NCBI RefSeq assembly: GCF_001194135.2 | Contig: NC_069004.1 | Coordinates: forward strand, 14,191,589 to 14,255,588 | DNA length: 64,000 bases | Direction: 5' to 3' | DNA from: Octopus bimaculoides | Lineage: Eukaryota | Shown here: piece after piece, positions 54,916-64,000 of the stretch | Layout of the letters: every line of letters begins with the position of its first letter | Position numbering within the stretch: position 1 is the stretch's first letter | Position numbers and translations under genes: made by a program | Notes under the pieces: generated by a model | Seen by the model: only the letters and a program-made list of their open reading frames with translations | What the model was told of the DNA's origin: nothing | Databases searched by the model: none

Positions 54916-56234
54916 AAAAAAACTTCATTCCACATTTCTCCAGTTCAGTCAGCTGGCAAAAATGAGTAATCCTCCAACGGACCAGCATCTCATCCATGGG
55001 GAAATAGGGAAATAAATGTATCATGGAAACTGAGAAACCAACCCTATGAGTCTATATAGCTCAGGAAGTATCTCTCTCTCTCTCTCTAGTACTTTATTTC
55101 ACCTTTGTTGGAAGACTGAAAAGCAAAGTTAACCTTCGTGAGATTTGATCTCAGAATGTAAAGAGAATGGAACCAATACTGCAAAGCATTTGTTAGGTGT
55201 TTTTACGATTCTTCAAATCAATCAATACATAATATATAGCAATGAAATATAGCTATAAATAAATATGACATATCCATTTATTATGATTATATAAGTAAAC
55301 TATATCGTACTGGTGTATGTACAAAGTATACACACACACAGACACAGAGACACAGACTCACACAGACACACACACACGTGACATTTAAGTTTTAGATAGC
55401 AGTGTGAAGTGCTGAAAGAACAAAATGACAAAGTTCACGTGTTCCATAGCATTTCAATATATTTACAAGTAGTTCCACTTCAAGAAACTTCAAGAATCAT
55501 TAGACATATTGTTGTCAATAGAAAGATTTTGTAAAGTAAATATTTGGGTTGGTCTTTAGCTCCAGCTAGGCCCTGATCTAGCCAACCTATGATCCAAGGC
55601 ATTCAAGCTCTGACCATTGCTAGGTAGAGTTCACTGAGGACAGTATTGTTTAATGTGTCCTTTTCTAAGCTAGAAGGGTTTGATTTGAATGAGGTTTAGC
55701 TGCTATTTCAAGTACACCAGGCGAACAGGAAAAAACTCTTTCATTGTGGCAGTAATTAAAGCTTTAAAACTTCAATTTCAAGAAGAATCAGATTCTTTAT
55801 ATCCTTCTCCTCTTCATCATCAGTGGTTAATGTCTATTTTTCCATGGTGGCATAGGTTGGACGGATCTATAACAGCACAGCATCTTGCCTCTTAACACAG
55901 TCCTTCATCATCTGATATACACACCAACAGAGAAGACCACCAATCTTTGATGGTGCTGTGTATGCCATGCTTGTTCCTCCACTCCACCCCCAATAAACAC
56001 ACCTAAGACTGTCAACCGTTCAAGATATTTACACTATTGGTGAAGTAAAAAGAGCAACAACTCAAAAACAAAAACCAAACTTCACTCTACACAGATAACC
56101 AAATTTTACAACTTCCTATAAAAACAAAGCAGCAATTTTTGTAAAAGTACATTTTTTTCTTTTAAATATTAATCTTGGTTTGTCAGAAACAGAATGGTTT
56201 GTAATACTAGACCTTGCATGTGTACTAAATACTA

Positions 56235-56396
56235 AGTAAACAGAACAAGATGCATTAACAATCAGTAAACCGTAAAGAGGCATTAACGGACAGTAAACAG
56301 TGCAAGAGGCATTAACACTCAGTAAACAATACAAGAAGCATTAATACTCAGTAAACAATATAAGAGGCATTAACATTCTGTAAACAGTACAAGAGA
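56235..56396. repeat. 29-bp minisatellite, ~5.5 copies (consensus agtaaacagtacaagaggcattaacactc)
   Basis: Direct tandem units are visible at 29-nt spacing. Confidence 0.9.
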
Positions 56397-58464
56397 CTTT
56401 CTTCTTCGTTTTTTAGTCCCTCAAGTCCAAGGAAGATGATTCTGCAATTTCTTGCTAGACAATCTGCACAGATAATTTGTTTATAGTGATCAGATGTTTG
56501 TATTGTACGTTAGCTCATTGCTTCCATCAAATCAACATTGCTTGTACATATGTATAGTGTACCACACATCAGATGTTGAAAAGACTGTAGAGCAATGTGA
56601 AATGAAGTGTTTTGCTCAAGAACACAATGCACCATCCAGTCTGGAAATTGAAAACACAATCTTGCAATTGTGAATGCAACAGCCGAACCACTAGGCCATG
56701 TGGCTTCACTACATTAACATTCAGTAAACAAGACAGATTAACAAGAAAGATTAGCGCTAGCATATGATGGTAGTAAACAGTCAGTGTCACTGTGAAATTG
56801 TAATATATTCAGTAATTTCTTAGTCATGATTAGCAAGAGTGAAACTGGTTGACTATGTAAATATTTTATTTCATAAAAAAATAGATACATTCTGTGCATT
56901 TTCCTTCTTACATTTTTCACTACAACTCACCACATGGAGGCAAAAAATCTTTCCAACGAATCTTTTCCCTATATATGGATGTACGCACACACATGTAACC
57001 TACAATATGGTGAACAGGATGATTGTAGTCTCTTGTAGCCAAGAATGGTGATTTTGCAGTTTCTTGCTGAACAACTGACACAAAGGGTTTATTCATTGTG
57101 ACAATCAAATGTATGTGCTGTTCCTCAGCTCGCTCACTTCATCAAATCGACATTGCCTAAACAGGTGCATGGTGTACCATACATCTGCTGTCACAATGAT
57201 CACAGAGAAATAGGAGATGAAGTGTTTTGTTGAAAAACACAATATACCATCGAGTACAACACCCTAACCATTAGGCCATGTACCCTTGGTGAACAAGATA
57301 TTAACTATTCAACTTACATGAAACCTTCTGATTCCCACACAGGTTGTAAAGGAAATAGTGACTAGTAGATGGTGCTCTGATCTTACCAAATGGTTTTCTA
57401 TTTTTTTTCTCAGACTTTATTTTCTACCTGCCCATTATGCCTACTTATACATCCAATACATAGAACTCTATTCTTTTCACAATAAATCAATAGAAAAATA
57501 AAAGCAAGATAGAGAATATTTAACTGGAGTTTACTAAACTGATGGTAGAGTTGTGAAGATCTTTAAAAAGTTACATGTCAAGCTAGTCTGTAAGCAAAGA
57601 ATTATTAACAATGTATTCACAATATACTATAAAGGTCATAATCTTTACAGAAAATCTTTGTAAGAACCTTAAGATTCCATAGGGGTAGTTCTTAGTCACA
57701 GGTTTTAAATCATAAAGATGAGAGAGAAAACTCTACACAAGCAACTAGATGGACTAAGGCATGTAGAATTTAGTATCCTGTCAATAAAAAAAAAAGCAAT
57801 GAAATTATTGCAGTGAGTTTGGACTCATGTTCCATAGAATAACAGTTCGAAGTCTTGTTCATATAGAGAACATTATATTTAGCATTCAATTTCACCGGTG
57901 TCACATAACTGGCACCTGTGCCAGTGGTACATAAAAGGACCTGTGCTGATGGCACATAAAAAACACCCATTACACTCTTGGAGTGGTTGGCATAAGGAAG
58001 GGCATCCAGGCATAGAAACCAAGCCAAAACAGACTGGAACATGGTACAGCACTCCAGCTTACCAGTTCCAGTTAAACTATCTAACCCACACCAGCATGGA
58101 AAGCAGATGTTAAATGAAAACGATGATTATAATTATATAAAAAAAGAAAAAGGAGAAATTAGAAATTTTGAAGATGACCAAGAGGTCATACTTTCTATAT
58201 AACAAATTACATTATTTTTGGTGGGAAAATATTGGTAGAATAATCATGTCAACTATCTGGATGGAAAATGTATTAGAAATCTGTGTGGGGAGATAGCAAG
58301 GATTAAAAAAAATATTATTTTATTTTTATCTTGGGTAATTGAGAGAACCTTCTACAAACATAAAATTAAGTGTCATTTTGAAAATTATCATTGTTGTTGT
58401 GATTAATGTTACCATTATAACAATGTTCTGTTATTTCAAGGAATTAGTGTTTTGCCTGGTTTAA

Positions 58465-58680
58465 TCCTTCAGCATTCAGATTACTGTGTCAAATGTAATG
58501 TATATTTATTTACATTGTTTTAAATTAATCATGCATTATCGCATAGCTGCAAGATTTAGATGGATGTGATTGTTTATTTTTAGAATGACATTGTCGGATA
58601 GTTGTGAGATGCCAGATGTGATCAGTTTGAAGATAAAACTGAATATTTAGGCCAGATATGGTTGGTTTAAGTGCTAAAGG
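58465..58680 (-). mobile_element. M1 TTAA MITE copy
   Basis: TTAA|tccttcagcattcaga ... gtttaagtgctaaagg|TTAA. Confidence 0.8.
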
Positions 58681-58779
58681 TTAAATATACTTCCAACTGG
58701 AACATAGCTAATGGTTTACGATGAGAAGCATTTTGTAACTTCTGTATAAGAAATATTTTTCTCATCTTCATATCTGTTC

Positions 58780-58895
58780 TTACTCTGTAATGAAAACTTC
58801 CCGGATTATTTTTGCTGAACCTGGTGGGCTTGTTTCCAACATTGCACCTACTCCAAGATGCTCAGGTTTGTGCTCAGATTTTTTGTCACTGTTCC
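58780..58895 (-). mobile_element. R4/Dong-like LINE C-terminal fragment next to (AAT)n
   Basis: Minus translation ALGTVTKNLSTNL...GSAKIIR resembles GALGTVPKNL...LGTARILR. Confidence 0.55.
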
Positions 58896-59004
58896 CAAGG
58901 CGCTTATAATAATAATAATAATTGGCAGCATCATGACTTTGCTAAACTATCCATTACTTGAGGAAGTCATACTTCAAGTTGGAATAATATTCTACTTGTG
59001 AAGG

Positions 59005-59560
59005 TAGTGTGGCTTAGTAGTTAGGATATTCAGCCCACAGTCGTGAGGTTGTGAGTTCAACATCCAACAGGATGTTGTGTCCTTGAGCAAGACACTATTT
59101 CACATTGCTCCAGTTCACTCTGCTGGCAAAAACGAGCAGCACCTGTATTTCAGAGGGTCGGCTTTATCACATTCCGAGTTACACTGAATCACCCTGAAAA
59201 CTATATTAAGGGTATGCGTGTCTACAGAGTGCTCAACCATTTGCACATTAATTTCTCAAGCAGGCTGTTCCATTGATCAGTTGGAACCCTCATTGTCGTA
59301 ACAGATGGAGTGTTATGTCCTTCAGCAAAACACTTTATTTCACATTGTTCCAGTCCACTTTGCTGGCAAAAATGAGTAGTACCTATATTTCAAACGGCCA
59401 GGCTCATCACATTCTATGTCACACTGAATCTCCCTGAGAACTGTGTTGGGGGTACATGAGTCTGTGGAATGCTGAGCTACTAGCATGTTAATTTCACAAG
59501 CAGGCTGTTCTGCAGATCAAATCAACCGGAACACTCATTGTCATAACTGATGGAGTACCA
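59005..59560 (+). mobile_element. Family D SINE plus a headless tandem second copy
   Basis: 59005-59312 has the tRNA-like head (gtggcttagtagttagg...gagttcaa). 59313-59560 repeats from tgtcctt.agcaa.acact to gatggagt. Confidence 0.85.
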
Positions 59561-62423
59561 GTTTATTTTTCTGTTTTCTTTTTGCTCAATGACTACATTA
59601 ACCAGCCTTTTGTGTAGAATTCTTATTTTAGGATCGTGTAACAAAGTCTCGCTTGCAACAATTTCACTTCACTGTTTCCAAGGGCTTGCATTTTTATTTA
59701 TACAAAATGGCTATAGTGTTTTTCTATGGATGCAAAACCAAATCACTTGCAAATATTCTTGTGAATTATTGCATGCTTATAGTATTATTATTCCTATGCT
59801 TTGTATTCATTTTGAGCTAACTGTGGATATTCTAATACAATGTGAGTTAAGGTCTCATCTGAATCATTGTACATTCCACATTTGGGTGAGCAGTTCTGCA
59901 GAACATCATCATCATCATCATCATCCAATAGTCTTTTATTGTATGCTTTCACTGCACAAATGAACACAAACATGCCTTGTGTGTGAGGAGTGTTGTGTTT
60001 TGTATATGTTAATTTTACTGTAATGAAAATACTTTCCGTTATCTCTGTGCAGTACTTTTTCTATATTTTGCACATATTTGTATATCCTGGGGTTTGGGTT
60101 ATGCGATTGTCTGAATGTTTTTATTTTCTTACCCAAGGCACCTATTATTAAAGGAATTGTTCTGCTTTCAGCTTCAAGTTTATTAGTATTTTTAGATACT
60201 TATATTCAAGTAATTTCTCTCTTTTTTTTTTTTTCAAGAAATAAGATCTTTTGTCTCTTGGTAGGCTTAGAAAACAATATCTGGTCAATTTGTCTTGATC
60301 TTCCTATCTGTGTGTATTTACATATTTCAGTGTCTGGTTAGTTAACCATTCTCTGAAACCTTCCCTGCTATATAACTGTACCACTTCTTTTCTATTAGTA
60401 TTTTATCATGCTGGTATAACTTCAAGTATATGTGTATGTACGTATGTATGTATNNNNNNNNNNNNNNNNNNNNNNNNNNNNNNNNNNNNNNNNNNNNNNN
60501 NNNNNNNNNNNNNNNNNNNNNNNNNNNNNNNNNNNNNNNNNNNNNNNNNNNNNNNNNNNNNNNNNNNNNNNNNNNNNNNNNNNNNNNNNNNNNNNNNNNN
60601 NNNNNNNNNNNNNNNNNNNNNNNNNNNNNNNNNNNNNNNNNNNNNNNNNNNNNNNNNNNNNNNNNNNNNNNNNNNNNNNNNNNNNNNNNNNNNNNNNNNN
60701 NNNNNNNNNNNNNNNNNNNNNNNNNNNNNNNNNNNNNNNNNNNNNNNNNNNNNNNNNNNNNNNNNNNNNNNNNNNNNNGAAACATGGTTCTTTTCCCTAA
60801 AACTATATATTTATATATATTCCAGGTTTCATAAAATAGTACAAATGTATGAACTGGATCAATAAATGATACCACTTTCCTGGTGGAGCATAAGGGTAGA
60901 GTTTTTAGGTGACTCCTTCATAGGGTTTTAACAGAAACAAGTGTCATTACTTTCCAGCTGGATTCCTAAGCATGACAAACTAAGACTGAGGATATTATTC
61001 ATCTATCTTGTTCTGGGTCTACCCTTAGGTCTTTTGCCAGTTAGCTTGGCTTGAATCCCTCTTGGAATAATTTTTTTCCTGCTACATTCTAATCACATGT
61101 TCATAGGACTGGGGCTCTGACCCTCAATACAGAGAAGCTATACATCCGGTCAAGTAACAATAGTTCAGAGATTCTTCAGAAGAATCTCATATCAGCTGCT
61201 TCTACTCACAACCACAGTCATTTAGTCATTATCCAACATTCATGACTGTAGATGAGGATAGGCTTTAAAAAAAAAACAAATGGAAAACAGCAAGTTCAGC
61301 ATTTTTTACCAACCTCTCCTCTTTTGAGGATCGAATGTTGGAGCATATGATGCACGATATAAAACTAACAACAAAAAAAAAAAAACACATCCATCTAATT
61401 TATACTAACATGGGAAGAGGGCTCATCACCATCAGGAAAGTGCAAAAAAATTTACCAAAAAAATAAACAATAAAGTGAATACAATGACATTATCAAATTC
61501 TGAACAAAATAAATTATTCAGACATCGTTCATTACTCCAGCACTTGTTTTGTTCCCAATTTTTCAAAATGATTTTATATATTTCCATTTTTATTAATGCA
61601 TCAAATTCAACATGGTTGCATACAATTTATAATTTAGTGAGAAAGCAAACTAAAACATTTATTATTGATATTAATGCTGCTGTTTTGCTTGTTGTTGTTG
61701 TTGCTGCTGTTTCCCTATTAGCTCTAGTCAATATTGATATAAACAAGGAAGCAATGAAAATGAAAAAAAAAAAAAATGTACAGGGGTTCCAGAGCTGGAT
61801 TGACCACTATGAAAATAAATGGCAAATAGCAAAACAATGAGCAAAATGCATTTCCAGATTCAGATAGGGAGAAACAGACAGAAAAAAAAAAAAAGCAGAG
61901 GTAGCAAGCTCATCTAATTAATGCTGCAAACAAATATGCAGGCCCACACATACAACATACACACAGACACACACACATGTGACAAAAGTAACAACAGTAA
62001 AGACATCAGACGTTTCATTTTACCTAATTTTTCACAGAACGGAAATATGAGGGGAAACATAAAGAATTAAAAATCAAAATGGCAAGGGCAATAGCGAAAA
62101 TAAAATAATAAGATATATAACACATGACGAAAATGCATTTACACTTAGATGTATCCATATCTTAAGAAGAGAAAAAGTATATTGGCAGGTTATATGATAA
62201 GAAGTTTGCTTCCCAGCCATGTTGTTCCGGGTGCAGTCCCAAAGTGTCACACCTTAGGCTAGGGAATTCTACTATAGCCTCAGGCCAACCAAAGCTTTAT
62301 GAGTCAGTTTGGTAGACAGAAACTGGAATAAGCATGTCTTTTACAAAATAGATACGTTGATTGATGGAAAAATGGATGGATAGCTACATACAAATGAATA
62401 GACATATATACATGTATGGATAT

Positions 62424-62468
<45 letters not shown>

Positions 62469-62519
62469 TACTCTTTTACTAGTTTCAGCCATGCGGCTGT
62501 GGTCATGCTGGAGCACCAT

Positions 62520-62745
62520 ATGTGTATCCTCGCTTCCTTTTCCCCTGCGGGTTCCAGTCAAGTGCTTGTCATGTCACACTTGAGGGTTCTTAATGCAGTG
62601 TGTGTCCAATCCATCTCCATATCCTTTGTCTAATCTGAACATGTACGGGCTCCTGGTTGGCCCTTTCCCACAGGTCGTTGTTTGGAATTCTGTCCAACCA
62701 CTTCAGATGGAGGATCTGCCGGAGACATTTGTTGATGAAGGTCTG
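62520..62745 (-). mobile_element. RTE (BovB-like clade) LINE ORF fragment running into an assembly gap
   Basis: QTFINKCLRQILHLKWLDRIPNNDLWERANQEPVHVQIRQRIWRWIGHTLH*EPSSVT*QALDWNPQGKRKRG, the classic post-RT RTE region in a single frame with two stops. Confidence 0.9.
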
Positions 62746-62845
62746 NNNNNNNNNNNNNNNNNNNNNNNNNNNNNNNNNNNNNNNNNNNNNNNNNNNNNNN
62801 NNNNNNNNNNNNNNNNNNNNNNNNNNNNNNNNNNNNNNNNNNNNN

Positions 62846-63235
62846 ACATACAATATCACACAGACTCATACATCATACACACTTTTATATATACATACAA
62901 TATGTAATATCATACGTACACACTAAAATATAAACACTCGTTATACAATATCTTCGTCATACATTGTATAACATGATACATACACAAGGATATCCAGTGG
63001 TATAAACCCACACCATGTATAGCATACAGTTATACAACCCCATACATATAGAACACATTAGCATCTCTGTACATGACTATGTAACAGCATACATTACACA
63101 ATCTTCTAAATACGCAAATAGACACACAAGCATACATTATATTTTCACAGAAGCTTACATTATACAACATTATACACACACACTTCATACACACATCACA
63201 CATACATTAAACATACATTATACACAAATACAAAC
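62846..63235. repeat. Strand-biased A/C-rich degenerate (CATA/CACA) low-complexity tract
   Basis: The plus strand has very few G over about 390 bp. Confidence 0.75.
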
Positions 63236-63844
63236 GCGCAATGAAGAAATCGATGTTGGCTGAGGGCAGACGACAGGTGGTTTTAAAGTGAGGGTGCATT
63301 TCTACTCTATTTCCATTGTAATATAAGTCCCCAACTTTCGTGGCCAATTCACAGTTTAGTAGTGGGCGTCAACGTTAGCAATGAAGAGTTGCTAACTAGT
63401 TGTATGCCTTCTCTATAGAGAAGAGAAGAATATAGAAGAAGACTCGACGAAAGTGTGGCACAATAAAATCTCATGAAACAGAATTAGGATTTAGCTATTG
63501 ATATCGAATAATAAAACCTATAAAAAAATTACCATAATATTAATTATTATTATTGTTATGCAGTGACTTCCTTTGGAAACGAAAGCGAAAACTGCAGCAG
63601 CAAAACGGTTTCAGATAAAATTCTTCTAATTAAAATTATGAGTTTATAGAATATGGATGTAAGATTATAACAAATCATTATTATACATACAGGACACACA
63701 CACAGACACACACACAGACACACACAATAGGGCATTGGAAAATGGTGAATTAGAGAAAAATTATAGAAAATTATATATAACCTTTAATTTCTTTTCTGAA
63801 TGTGATAATCCTGGTTTTGGAAGGAAGGAAAAATATCAATATTT

Positions 63845-63853
63845 TAAGGATAC
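63845..63853 (-). promoter_or_regulatory. U12-type (minor spliceosome) 5' splice site GTATCCTTA
   Basis: The minus strand immediately after the exon reads GTATCCTTAAAA. The established U12 donor consensus is RTATCCTT(T), and it does not resemble the U2 donor GTRAGT. Confidence 0.85.
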
Positions 63854-63951
63854 ATCCTAAGAGATCCGCTCTTAGTTCCGATTGCCAAAATGTGTTGTAC
63901 AGGGTCGTAAGCAAGTGCAGTGGGTTGGAATGGAAATCCATGACGCACAGT
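63854..63951 (-). CDS. STXBP5: Internal coding exon (98 bp, phase 0 in, phase 2 out) of tomosyn / syntaxin-binding protein 5, N-terminal WD40/Lgl-family region
   Basis: The minus strand has a pyrimidine-rich acceptor ...gtgtcttccttacag| and an open frame [32 protein letters not shown]+AT, then donor |gtatcctt. The peptide matches tomosyn as I recall it ([33 protein letters not shown]). TVRHGFP and DPVQ favour tomosyn over Lgl (TVEHGFP, DPEL). Confidence 0.93.
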
Positions 63952-64000
63952 CTGTAAGGAAGACACAAAGCAATACAGTTTATTGAAGAAGAATCAGAAA

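Larger units (their letters stand above)
9248..62845. other. Eight assembly gaps (9248-9443, 21127-21136, 22134-22236, 23859-24193, 32329-32961, 34202-34683, 60454-60778, 62746-62845)
   Basis: Runs of N. Most abut (TA)n or similar microsatellites. Confidence 0.98.
1..63853 (-). other. STXBP5: Probable single giant intron of tomosyn (GT-AG U12 subtype), >=63.8 kb, with its 3' end outside the window or inside a gap
   Basis: It starts at the U12 donor. A by-eye scan of the minus strand for the expected next exon (x-G-R-P-G-V, FLxNE, HLWNLRQ) found nothing. The sequence is repeats and AT-rich filler. About 2.2 kb of N could hide the exon. Confidence 0.6.

Noticed and set aside
61780-61808. Minus-strand micro-exon-like segment (ttttcatag|tggtcaatccagctctggaacccct|gtacat)
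   Set aside because: It is not tomosyn exon 3, the donor is poor, and the acceptor is U2-type after a U12 donor.
342-62926. Long ORFs rich in YI/CV/HT/X in the supplied track
   Set aside because: They are translations of TA/TG/CA/AAT microsatellites or N gaps.
1-64000. CRISPR arrays, rRNA genes, intact transposase/RT ORFs, prokaryote-like operons
   Set aside because: None seen. The regularly recurring blocks are eukaryotic SINEs or MITEs without a constant repeat-spacer periodicity.

Overview
AT-rich, microsatellite- and SINE-dense animal DNA with 8 assembly gaps (about 2.2 kb of N). The SINE, MITE and LINE families look like those of Octopus, which is an inference from family recognition. 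Only one coding exon can be supported: a 98-bp minus-strand exon at 63854-63951 ([32 protein letters not shown]), matching coding exon 2 of tomosyn/STXBP5. Its donor, GTATCCTT, is the minor-spliceosome (U12) consensus. I could not find the next tomosyn exon (FGRPG...) in the remaining 63.8 kb, so most of the window appears to be one very large U12-type intron. That intron contains at least four tRNA-derived SINE families, some in tandem arrays within (AAT)n. It also holds R4/Dong-, RTE- and L2/Crack-type LINE ends, a decayed Gypsy-like pol fragment, TTAA (piggyBac-type) MITEs, mariner/pogo-type MITEs, and several long inverted repeats that could form dsRNA in the pre-mRNA. Nearly all ORFs in the supplied track are artefacts of microsatellites, gaps or repeats. 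Repeat boundaries are approximate unless TIR/TSD positions are given. No searches were run.
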